Counted from the first letter of the stretch, positions 10,260-18,499 are shown. The stretch is DNA of 64,000 bases from Bdellovibrionales bacterium (GCA_031370005.1 JANMPT010000110.1:96001-160000), one strand, 5' to 3'. Notes: generated by a model not told the origin, from the sequence alone. Program-made: numbers and translations.

Positions 10260-12223
10260 AAAGCCACTTTGAGTGGTGACGTTAAAATTGGCCAAGTAGT
10301 TTTTAGTGGAACGCTTTGACCAGAAAAGACTAAGACGCCATATTTTCCGTAATGAAGTATGCGAGGAGCTAGAGCTTCGATATCTGAGCCTCGAATCCAG
10401 GCAAGCAAGAGCTCGGGGTGTGATACTGAACGGGCTAGAATGGCAGTCTTGTTTTCCTGACGTAAATAAGCCGTACCGAATAAAGTGATTTGTTCCTGAC
10501 TTACTTTGAAGTCATGCCCTGGAAGTTCATCTAGCATCAACTTTTCGTATTGAGGAGAGTCTCCTAAAAGGACAATAGAGCCCCGCAAGGGAAGATCCAA
10601 AAGAATTTTATCATCACTGAGTGTGATAGGAGTTTCCAGCGTGGTCAACCAGCTTTGTTGATAGGCAAGTTTCGCTTTTTCGTTGGTGCCCGTAATCCAA
10701 ATATGGCTCGAGCCAAAGACATTGGAAAAACTCAAGGGTCGTTCTTTGATATCAAGATCACGAAAAACGTCAAAATCCGGATCGACCTCAAGGCTCTTGG
10801 GTGGAGTTACAAAAGAAAATTGAAAGCTCTCAAAAGTGGAGCTCATAGTAACTAATTTATTTTGAACCTTCCCATCAGCAAAGCGAAAGCGAACTGGAAT
10901 TTCAAGCTCATAGTTTTTTGGACTTATTTGGTGTAGCTTAAACTTGACTTGATAGTTTTGGTCACTGACTCTGGCAAGAGTCGGATGTAGGAGCCTCAGT
11001 TTTGGGGCCCCGGTGCGATCCAACCACTGCTTAAAAAAAGCAGTTAAATCCTCATCTGCGCTAGCTTCAAAGTTAGTTTCAATTTCTTGATAGCTAATAT
11101 TTTGGCCACGGTAGTTTTGATAAAGATCGCGAAGCCCTTGTTCGAAAGCTGCTGTGCCGAGTCGTTTTTTTAGCATATGAAAGAACATCATACCTTTTGC
11201 ATAGCCGACGGCTTGAGAGCTAAAACTAAAACGTTGTTTAAAATCTCTTAGTGGAAAATCATTGGCTGATTTTGTATAATCCTGGAAGTTCATTAGGTTT
11301 TGGCGGCGATAATCGCGATCTGTATTGAGAACTTCCTGTTGCCAATGATCGGCTAAATAGGTGGTTAATCCTTCGCACCAGTTTCCGCGAGCATAATCAA
11401 CATAAACACTATTGCCCCACCAGTTATGTAGAAGCTCGTGGGGCAATGAGGAGTTTAAAATATAAGGTAAGCGAATGACACTCGAACCTAAAAGGGTAAA
11501 GGCAGGCATTCCAAAGCCAGTTTCCCAGAAATTTTCAATTACTGAAAAGGACTGGTAGGGGAAAGCGCCAAGAGTTTTTTGGTAATGCTTTAGGTATCCC
11601 GGAAGCAAACCAAAGAAGGTCTGGGCAAGTTGAGGTTCGTGGCTACGAAGATAAACCTTGAGTGGGATGCCACTGGGGTTGTTATCCAGTCTATATTCTT
11701 GAAAAGCCCCGGCAATCAAATAAACATCCTGTTGGGGTAGAGCAGTCTGTGATAAAGGCGAAGCAATTTCCCAATTTGGGGGCAGATCACTTTTTGTGAT
11801 CTCATAGGTGACTTTTTCCGAAAAATCAGGAAGCCAATAGGAAGAACCAAAAAGCGCCGCGCCGTCGGTGGAGATTAAGCCAGAGGTATTATTATTTGTG
11901 ATAGGGTCAAAGATCATCCCTGAATATTGAAGGCTGACAAATTGATCTGTAGAGCCCGTTTGCAATTCGTATTCGTTATAATTGGAAGCAGGATCTGCGG
12001 ATTGAACTAGATGAAGCTGATCCCCTGGAGAGGTGACTGTTACTTGAAGATTCTTGTTTAATAGAACGCGATATTTTTTAGAAGCAAGAAGCGAGATCCT
12101 GTCAGTAACCATCAGGCTTTTTATTGCAGGCAAGAGAGTCACATCCACGCGGTGGTGGATTGTAGCTAGGGAAATAGAGGAGATAAGGGTCAAGACAAAG
12201 CTGACCAATGTTTTTGAGTTCAT
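10256..12223 (-). CDS. Secreted M1-family zinc aminopeptidase
   Basis: Signal peptide; HELLHNWWGN...WCEG (HEXXH-X18-E); GFGMP; YAKG. Confidence 0.9.
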   Translation of the reverse strand: MNSKTLVSFVLTLISSISLATIHHRVDVTLLPAIKSLMVTDRISLLASKKYRVLLNKNLQVTVTSPGDQLHLVQSADPASNYNEYELQTGSTDQFVSLQYSGMIFDPITNNNTSGLISTDGAALFGSSYWLPDFSEKVTYEITKSDLPPNWEIASPLSQTALPQQDVYLIAGAFQEYRLDNNPSGIPLKVYLRSHEPQLAQTFFGLLPGYLKHYQKTLGAFPYQSFSVIENFWETGFGMPAFTLLGSSVIRLPYILNSSLPHELLHNWWGNSVYVDYARGNWCEGLTTYLADHWQQEVLNTDRDYRRQNLMNFQDYTKSANDFPLRDFKQRFSFSSQAVGYAKGMMFFHMLKKRLGTAAFEQGLRDLYQNYRGQNISYQEIETNFEASADEDLTAFFKQWLDRTGAPKLRLLHPTLARVSDQNYQVKFKLHQISPKNYELEIPVRFRFADGKVQNKLVTMSSTFESFQFSFVTPPKSLEVDPDFDVFRDLDIKERPLSFSNVFGSSHIWITGTNEKAKLAYQQSWLTTLETPITLSDDKILLDLPLRGSIVLLGDSPQYEKLMLDELPGHDFKVSQEQITLFGTAYLRQENKTAILARSVSHPELLLAWIRGSDIEALAPRILHYGKYGVLVFSGQSVPLKTTWPILTSPLKVAF

Positions 12224-12322
12224 TTACTCTTCGAGATTAGGGTTTATTTTTCTGGATGTCTATCAATATATCTATCTTTAAAAGAGGACACCAATAAGCC
12301 AGCTTTCTGTATAGAATAGAAT

Positions 12323-12356
12323 AAAGAAGAAAAGAAGAGAAGAAGAGAAGAAGAGA
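12323..12356. repeat. Polypurine tract with 3 tandem AAGAAGAG units (12332-12355)
   Basis: Read directly; lies between divergent genes. Confidence 0.8.
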
Positions 12357-12376
12357 CAGAAAAGGGGGATTTACTT

Positions 12377-12622
12377 ATGGGGCATAACTTTATACGTTCA
12401 CATATGCATGTCAATATTCACCCTGTAGAGCGGTGGGTTCGTATTGTTGGCGGAGCAGTTTTGGTGCTACTTGCTTTTTCTGGTGATCAAATTAGTTCTT
12501 TATATCTTTTCGGAGTAATTCCTCTATTGACTGGTATCATAGGTTTTTGTCCGATCTACTATCTTATTGGCTTAAACACCAACCGTTGGGCTAGAGTTAA
12601 AGTTGATCGTAACAAGAGGTGA
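12377..12622 (+). CDS. DUF2892 (YgaP-like) small membrane protein
   Basis: N+..ER..R+..G...LLTGIIGFCPIY.LIGLNT signature. Confidence 0.85.
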   Translation: MGHNFIRSHMHVNIHPVERWVRIVGGAVLVLLAFSGDQISSLYLFGVIPLLTGIIGFCPIYYLIGLNTNRWARVKVDRNKR

Positions 12623-13930
12623 AATGGGTAAGGTCACCAAGAAGCAGGCCCCCTTGCCGCTGTGATTGTTTTGGATCTCGATGTTCCCATGATGGAGGTC
12701 GACGATCTCTTTTACAAGGGAGAGACCTAAGCCTGTTGAGCTTTCTCCGCCAGTGGGCTGAGCGCTAAGACGTTGGTATCTTTGAAAAGCTTTGTTTTTA
12801 TCATCGTCAGTAAAGCCAGGGCCCTGATCTTCCACTTCGACATAAATGAAGTCTAAATCTTTTCTTAGACGTAGATAGATATCTCCACCCAGCGGAGAAA
12901 ACTTGATTGCATTACCAACTAGATTCATAAAAAGGTCCCAAATTTTTTCAGTCACGCCTTTCATTATGAGAGCTTCTTCGTCATGGTTAAAATGCAATGT
13001 TTGATTTTTTTCAAGAGCCAGCGGCCTTTGCGAAAGACAAATGTTTTCTATACACTTTACCATATCAAAGTCAGAAAAGTGATTCTCGGGCTTGCCTGTG
13101 GTCAGGGCTTTTGAATCTATTAATGAATTTACCAACTCTAGAGTTTGCATTGAAACTTGGCGAATGATGCCTGTCATCTCTAGAACAGTGGCGTGACTGG
13201 GATCTTTCGATATAAGGTCTGCTAAGCTCCGAATAGAGCCAAGTGGATTCCGCAGATCATGAGCTGTGGTCTTAAGAAGATGAGTTTTTGAAAGATTGGC
13301 CTGTTCTAACTCAAAATTGGCTTTACTGATAGAGTGAATCGCTTCACTGAGAGTTTGCTCGGTATGGTGCCTCTTGCGAAAGTCTATTATCCAAATATAG
13401 GCGATAAAGCAGAGTAGGAGTATATCGCTTAGTGATGCCCACAATGCCAGTTGTCGGTTTTTTTTATTTTGAATTAGATTACTTCTAAGATAGCCTTTTA
13501 ACAGGCTTTCCTCGGTCTCATCAATTTTGAGTAGGCTCTGGCGAATGGACTCTTCTTGATTTTCAGAAAAACCAGTGAATTCAGGGGAGCTTCCAGATTT
13601 TGTTAATAAGTTTGAAAGCCTCTCAACTTCGGCTTGTTGAGCGGGGTTTGTAATGATGATAGTTTTTAAATTCGAAATATGGGTTTGCAGTCTATGGGCG
13701 ATACTCTCTTGTTGGGCAGGAGTTTTTTTTTCTGAGTTCTGTTGAAGTCTTTCAAAATCCCGAGAGACCTTATTCGACTCATCAATTATTTTATAACTGA
13801 GGTCAATCATTTGCCTTGCGGAGTCAGTGAGGGCCGATTGTTGTACAGTTATGAAGTCAAAGGAGCTAGCAAGTGCGACCATAAGCGCTAGTGTCAGCCA
13901 AAAACCATTTTTTAGTGAAAACAGGTTCAT
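12572..13930 (-). CDS. Orphan membrane sensor histidine kinase
   Basis: Two TMs around a helical periplasmic domain; AHDLRNPL H-box, NLVGNAIKFS, DQGPG, TGLGLSLVKEIV. Confidence 0.93.
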   Translation of the reverse strand: MNLFSLKNGFWLTLALMVALASSFDFITVQQSALTDSARQMIDLSYKIIDESNKVSRDFERLQQNSEKKTPAQQESIAHRLQTHISNLKTIIITNPAQQAEVERLSNLLTKSGSSPEFTGFSENQEESIRQSLLKIDETEESLLKGYLRSNLIQNKKNRQLALWASLSDILLLCFIAYIWIIDFRKRHHTEQTLSEAIHSISKANFELEQANLSKTHLLKTTAHDLRNPLGSIRSLADLISKDPSHATVLEMTGIIRQVSMQTLELVNSLIDSKALTTGKPENHFSDFDMVKCIENICLSQRPLALEKNQTLHFNHDEEALIMKGVTEKIWDLFMNLVGNAIKFSPLGGDIYLRLRKDLDFIYVEVEDQGPGFTDDDKNKAFQRYQRLSAQPTGGESSTGLGLSLVKEIVDLHHGNIEIQNNHSGKGACFLVTLPISPLVTINFNSSPTVGV

Positions 13931-14069
13931 AGTTCTTTTCCTTTTTTATAAGGATGAAGAGTGCGCAACATAACAATGGGTGGGCTTAAACTCAAGTGCT
14001 CAAGTGGAGATTTTCATGCAATTTTGCTCTAGACCTAGTTAAGTAAGTTCGAGCGGTTTTGTTGAGAAG

Positions 14070-14143
14070 TGGTGGCCCCACCGAGAATCGAACTCGGACA
14101 TCCTTGCGGATACTGGATTTTGAGTCCAGCGCGTCTACCAATT
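14070..14143 (-). pseudogene. 5'-truncated, intron-less tRNA-Leu(CAA) copy (att-like remnant)
   Basis: Minus strand reads AATTGGTAGACGCGCTGGACTCAAAATCCAGTATCCGCAAGGATGTCCGAGTTCGATTCTCGGTGGGGCCACCA; the first 13 nt of the tRNA are missing. Confidence 0.9.
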
Positions 14144-14191
14144 ATCGACAAAAGTATTGAAATGACTTGGAAAAGTCAAAAAGAAAATCCG

Positions 14192-14223
14192 TTAGCCTTT
14201 TGGGCTAATCCTTAGCCCTTTGG
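14192..14223. repeat. Clustered TTAGCC(C/T)TTT repeats, possible integrase arm-type sites
   Basis: TTAGCCTTTTGG (14192), inverted GGGCTAA (14202-14208), TTAGCCCTTTGG (14212). Confidence 0.5.
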
Positions 14224-14253
14224 AACCCCCTGAGTATTCTCAGGGGGTTTTTT
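14224..14253 (+). terminator. Intrinsic terminator upstream of the TA operon
   Basis: AACCCCCTGAG-TATT-CTCAGGGGGTT followed by a T run. Confidence 0.8.
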
Positions 14254-14280
14254 ATACTTAAAACCTGCTAATCTTTTTGC

Positions 14281-14310
14281 TTGCCTTATTTGTAGCTTAT
14301 ATGCTACATT
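14281..14310 (+). promoter_or_regulatory. TA promoter with palindromic operator
   Basis: TTGCCT (-35) ... TGC-TACATT (extended -10), overlapped by the TGTAGC-N6-GCTACA inverted repeat (14291-14308). Confidence 0.65.
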
Positions 14311-14317
14311 CAAAAAT

Positions 14318-14656
14318 GTGGAAGCTAAACCTCGTCGTATTCGCATCTATGAAACCGAAAATGGCAAACGGCCATTTGAAGAATGGGTTAAGGACCTAAG
14401 AGACCTGCCCACGGTTCGCAGAATTCAGGCCCGCCTTGCGGGCGTGAGTGCTGGAAATCTGGGTGATGTGAAATCTGTTGGTGAAGGTGTTAGTGAGTTG
14501 AGGTTGGCTTTCGGGCCAGGGTATCGGGTTTATTTCGGTGCCGTTGGTAATGAACTGATTATCCTACTGTGTGGTGGTGATAAAAGTTCGCAGGATAAAG
14601 ATATAAAAAAGGCTAAAGAATTTTGGTCTGATTACAGGAGCAAGAACCATGAATGA
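14318..14656 (+). CDS. Type II TA toxin, RelE/HigB-like (addiction module killer family)
   Basis: Y....GKRPFEEW...RI.ARL....GNLGDVKSVGEGVSELRL.FGPGYRVYF....IILLCGGDKSSQDKDI.KA signature. Confidence 0.93.
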   Translation: MEAKPRRIRIYETENGKRPFEEWVKDLRDLPTVRRIQARLAGVSAGNLGDVKSVGEGVSELRLAFGPGYRVYFGAVGNELIILLCGGDKSSQDKDIKKAKEFWSDYRSKNHE

Positions 14657-14960
14657 AAAAGCAAGTCGTTCTTATGATGAGTGGGTTGTTGAATCACTGA
14701 AAGGTGATGAAAAAGCCCAAGCGGAGTATGTTCAGACTACGATTGAGGACAACCAAGGTTTTCCTAAAGCAATTCTGGTTGCCCTTCGCCATGTGGCAGA
14801 GGCTCGTGGTTTTAAGAACTTCGCCGATGAAACAAAACTCAACCGTGAGACACTTTATAAAACATTGTCTGAAGACGGAAACCCCACCTTGGAGAGCCTT
14901 ACAAAAATGCTTGATGTGTTGGGGCTTGATATTTCGGTAAAACCTAAAAGAGCCAGTTAA
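14649..14960 (+). CDS. Type II TA antitoxin, Xre-HTH (addiction module antidote family)
   Basis: ALRHVAEARG...A.E..LNRETLYKTLS..GNPTLESL.K.L..LG; overlaps the toxin stop. Confidence 0.92.
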   Translation: MNEKASRSYDEWVVESLKGDEKAQAEYVQTTIEDNQGFPKAILVALRHVAEARGFKNFADETKLNRETLYKTLSEDGNPTLESLTKMLDVLGLDISVKPKRAS

Positions 14961-14971
14961 GAAGTTTAAAA

Positions 14972-15317
14972 TGGTGGCCCCGGGGAGAATCGAACTCCCA
15001 CGTCCTTACGGACACTGGATTTTCTTACCACTCTGGTTTTCACCAGCTCTTGTTAAAGAGTTTGTGGTCTGGACTATGCCTTGACCGTGAAGCCTTACAG
15101 CTCGTTAGGTCCCGCTCGTCTAGTCTCTACACCTTCCGAAGAGATTTCTCTCTAAGGCTTGGCTCGGCATTAGCAGTCTAATTTTACTTAGATTAAGCCT
15201 TCACCGAATTTGGGCGGTTCTACTCCGAGGGTTTCCCCAAGGGCACTCAAGTTATGCTGACTTTTTATGAGGTCAGCGGTCTGAGTCCAGCGCGTCTACC
15301 AATTCCACCACAGGGCC
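14972..15317 (-). tRNA. tRNA-Leu(CAA) interrupted by a group I intron (exon 1 15317-15283, exon 2 15023-14972; 87 nt spliced)
   Basis: Acceptor GGCCCTG/CGGGGCC-A-CCA, D arm GGTGGAATTGGTAGAC, anticodon stem CTGGA/TCCAG, long variable arm, GTTCGATTC T loop; joining the exons gives the loop CT-CAA-AA. Confidence 0.93.
15024..15282 (-). ncRNA. Group I self-splicing intron (IC3/tRNA type), 259 nt, no homing endonuclease ORF
   Basis: Core elements P AAATTCGGTGAA, Q AATGCCGAGC, R GTAGAGACTA, S AAGGCATAGTCC; P3 CCGCCC/GAGCGG; P7 GACTA/TAGTC; IGS TTGAGT; GAAA-capped P2 and P9 hairpins; terminal G at 15024. Confidence 0.92.
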
Positions 15318-15460
15318 ATTTACTAATAGATGACATATCTTGTAATGGAAAACAGTGGCTCCATTCAAGCTGTTTTTAGTTGTTCTTGAATCAAGGAGGC
15401 AGTGAGTTATGATGAGGGCTAATTGGGAGGGCCCTCAAATTAGAAAATGTGCGCTCTTTG

Positions 15461-16549
15461 CTAGGTTTTTTCGGCTACAAGTAAGCCGTGATGCATGGGT
15501 AATTTACTAACTTTTATTTTTGAGAAACCGGCCTTTCGAATTAACTGTAGATACTCGTTCCAAGTATAGAGCATGCCCTCTCCCGTGGCGAGGGTGAGGA
15601 AATAGGGAGAGCCCATGGAGGCCGACATGGGGCCAGTCTCATTATTATTTTGCATCATATTGAAAATGACTAATTTGCCACCATCGGGCAATGTATTGTA
15701 GACGTTTTGAATAAGTTTATAATTTTTTTCCAGGGACCAAATCGTTAAAAAATGACAGAGAATGAAACAGTCCGGGCCCTTGGGAAGGGGGTCGTGGAAA
15801 CAATTCCCTTCGTACGCAGTGAGCCGAGTGCTAAGGCCATGATTTTTAAAGTTGTCACGCGCAAGTGCAGCAACACTTGGCGAGTCAAAGACGCCACCCT
15901 TTAAATGCTCATTAGCTTTCACTAGTTTCATAATATTTTCGCCGGCTCCACCGCCGATATCAACTGCAAATTTTGTATTTGAAAGGTCCAAATTTTCTAA
16001 TAGTTGCTGGTTTGCTTGACGAGAAATATCCTCCATAGCTAACTGGAAAACTTGTTCAAGTTCAGGGTGTGAAGCCAATCGCTCATAGAGCGTGGTTCCA
16101 TTTCCTGGAAATTCTTTAAGCCCAACATTTGTATTTTGTAGAATGGATTCGTAAAAATAAGGCATCGCCTTATAATTTATAAAATTCTGCCAATTTACTA
16201 TATTATTAATGCATTTTGGACTGGATGATACGAAAGAAATTTCAGCAAGTTTTGAATTATAATAGAACTCACCTTTCTTTTTGAGCAAGTTCAGAGACGT
16301 GAGGCCTAAAAGAAGTATACGACAAGGCTTTTCTTCAATTTTTAAGAGACCAGCGAGTTCATCCTTGGTTATTCTCTTGCGTGAATTGATAATGTCAAAT
16401 ACGCCTAAGCGAACTGCGGCAGCTAAAGTTTGAAAATAAATATGCCCACTGAGAACTAAATACAGCTCACGAATTTTATTTCTAAATAATACTTTTTCAA
16501 ATACGTAGACAGCAATAAAGGTCCTAAAAATTCTAACTAAATGTCTCAT
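15461..16549 (-). CDS. Class I SAM-dependent small-molecule methyltransferase (Methyltransf_2 type with wHTH dimerisation domain)
   Basis: LAAAVRLGVFD dimerisation helix, VDIGGGAG SAM motif, GNCFHDPLP, LPDGGKLVI; AAGGAG SD. Confidence 0.9.
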   Translation of the reverse strand: MRHLVRIFRTFIAVYVFEKVLFRNKIRELYLVLSGHIYFQTLAAAVRLGVFDIINSRKRITKDELAGLLKIEEKPCRILLLGLTSLNLLKKKGEFYYNSKLAEISFVSSSPKCINNIVNWQNFINYKAMPYFYESILQNTNVGLKEFPGNGTTLYERLASHPELEQVFQLAMEDISRQANQQLLENLDLSNTKFAVDIGGGAGENIMKLVKANEHLKGGVFDSPSVAALARDNFKNHGLSTRLTAYEGNCFHDPLPKGPDCFILCHFLTIWSLEKNYKLIQNVYNTLPDGGKLVIFNMMQNNNETGPMSASMGSPYFLTLATGEGMLYTWNEYLQLIRKAGFSKIKVSKLPMHHGLLVAEKT

Positions 16550-16609
16550 GTCAGCTCCTTGCGGTAGGCTATATGGAAACGATATGAACTCAAGTTCAAA
16601 AAATTATTA

Positions 16610-18499
16610 TTGAGGAGGTTTTTGGATCGATCTATTGACATGGGTGGCAAATTAATAGATCGTGCTGCAATGAAAACCGCCCGTGACATTGTGGACATGC
16701 TAGAGCTCGCATTAAAGCTCCGCTTACTTAGGAAGTGGGAAGAGTTAGAGATTATTATTAAATCGATTCGCGCTGTAAAAATTGATGATGAGTATAAGAA
16801 AAAATGGATGGCCATTCAAATCCAGTTACTAGAGCAATCTCAATTTCGATATGAAAAAAATCATGAAGAAAAGATAAAAATTATACAATTGGCCGAACGG
16901 ATTTTGTCAGACGATGACAAGCGAAAATCATTTATCTATCAATATGAATTGTCTGGATTGTGTATAGCCAAACATTCCTATTTAAAGGGACTAGAGTCTG
17001 CGCTTGCAGCTGTTAAAGTAACAAATAATCCAAACGGAAAAATATCAGCCTTGGTCAATGGGCTCGTCTGTGCTGAAGCCTTAGACTTAGAAAGAGCAAA
17101 GTTACTTGTAAAAACCAAGCGGCTACTTTCACAATCCAAAACAAATGCGATAAATCCGTTGGTTGTTCGAGAGCTTGCTAATTTTCAGCTAAGAGAATAC
17201 TTTAGGTTAGGCGAGTTTCGAAAAGTGTTCACAAGCATTCATGAGCCAAGAATTAAAAAAGATATTTCGCTTTATCAGGCATGGATACAGGCATTGCCCC
17301 ATATTAAACTAAAGCAAAAATATGATATATTTAATTTGCATTCCAAGCAAACAACCACACAAGTAAATAGAGAGTATAAATTAGACACGCTCTTGCATAA
17401 GTTTGATTCTGAAAATATTCAAATTGCTGCAGTTCATAATATCATTGATCGCATTTACCTATGGTCTTGGCGGTTTTTTTGTGATCCATATAAATACCCA
17501 ATTGAAAATTTGCAAACCTTGCTCACCTCATTGGAGCTATCAAAACTTAAAAATAAAATGACGTCAGAAGATAAATTGTTGTTTATGAGCTCACTCTTAT
17601 TGCTGTCTTGTTTAGACACGTCCTTGCTTTTGAAAGTTAAAAAGCTCGAGAAAGCATTGCACCCGCTCAATTATGGTTCATATCCATATTTGAACTATGA
17701 AAGGAAATTTATTGAGTTGTATTTGGCGAAGCATTTGGGAGACCCGAATTATGAGACCTTAAGGCTCTCGTTAATTGCAGATGATTTTATGAGCAATGCC
17801 TACATCACTTTTAACAAGTATATAAAGTCGAATTTTGAGTCCTGTTATGGTCTCTTCGTGCTTGATATGCATCATCTGGAATTGAAGAATAAAATTCCAA
17901 TTGAGGCAGAGATAGTTTTTAATTCATTGACTGGGATGATCAAATTCACTCGTGGATGTAAGGCATTAAAAAGTGAGTTATTAGTCAATGCGCTGTCGTA
18001 TTTTTTTCACTCAGAAAGTCAGCAAGTATCTGCCAAAGACTTTTTTATTTCTGTTTTTGGGGGTAAAGATTTTGATCCAGCGACTAACTATAGACAGGTG
18101 TTTAATGTAATTCAAAGGCTCAATCTAGTAACAAATGGAAAACTTAAAATCAGGTATAAAAATAAAAAGTTATTGTTCGCTATGGAGAAAGAATCATTTT
18201 TCTCAGAAAATCATATTTTTCATGAAATTAGTTTCAACGCCTCGTTTTTTCAAAAAAGACTTTCGAAATGGTTGGGAGAATTGAGTAATAAAACCGCAAG
18301 TAAGAGCGCGCAAGCGAAGCGATCTCCGGCCAGTGTCTTTTTAACACAACAGAAGCTGACTCGAATAGATATTCAAAAGGCACTAAATACTTCAAAAAGT
18401 ACAAGTATAAGAATTCTTAATGAGTGGAAAAAACAAAAAATCATAAAATGCTCTGGCAAGGGGCCAGCGACTTCCTATTGGCTAAGCGAGCTTTCGTGA
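16610..18499 (+). CDS. Large putative transcriptional regulator (helical N-terminus, two C-terminal winged-HTH-like domains); start uncertain
   Basis: VSAKDFFISVFG..FDP....QVFNVIQRL resembles an OmpR-type wHTH; LTRIDIQKALNTSKSTSIRILNEW...IIKCSGKGPATSY is a wHTH; AT-rich DNA. Confidence 0.65.
   Translation: MRRFLDRSIDMGGKLIDRAAMKTARDIVDMLELALKLRLLRKWEELEIIIKSIRAVKIDDEYKKKWMAIQIQLLEQSQFRYEKNHEEKIKIIQLAERILSDDDKRKSFIYQYELSGLCIAKHSYLKGLESALAAVKVTNNPNGKISALVNGLVCAEALDLERAKLLVKTKRLLSQSKTNAINPLVVRELANFQLREYFRLGEFRKVFTSIHEPRIKKDISLYQAWIQALPHIKLKQKYDIFNLHSKQTTTQVNREYKLDTLLHKFDSENIQIAAVHNIIDRIYLWSWRFFCDPYKYPIENLQTLLTSLELSKLKNKMTSEDKLLFMSSLLLLSCLDTSLLLKVKKLEKALHPLNYGSYPYLNYERKFIELYLAKHLGDPNYETLRLSLIADDFMSNAYITFNKYIKSNFESCYGLFVLDMHHLELKNKIPIEAEIVFNSLTGMIKFTRGCKALKSELLVNALSYFFHSESQQVSAKDFFISVFGGKDFDPATNYRQVFNVIQRLNLVTNGKLKIRYKNKKLLFAMEKESFFSENHIFHEISFNASFFQKRLSKWLGELSNKTASKSAQAKRSPASVFLTQQKLTRIDIQKALNTSKSTSIRILNEWKKQKIIKCSGKGPATSYWLSELS

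Larger units (their letters stand above)
14070..15317. mobile_element. Integrase-less mini-island or remnant at tRNA-Leu(CAA) carrying a TA module
   Basis: TA pair enclosed by same-orientation tRNA-Leu(CAA) sequences (full gene and 3' fragment); TTAGCC repeats next to the fragment. Confidence 0.7.

Noticed and set aside
14070..14143. A second functional tRNA-Leu(CAA)
   Set aside because: The 5' acceptor strand and start of the D stem are replaced by unrelated sequence, so it cannot fold into a cloverleaf.
15020..15290. Reading the split tRNA as tRNA-Phe(GAA) or as an intron after U33
   Set aside because: That needs an intron not ending in G or a 6-nt anticodon loop; the long variable arm and the intron-less CAA copy indicate Leu.
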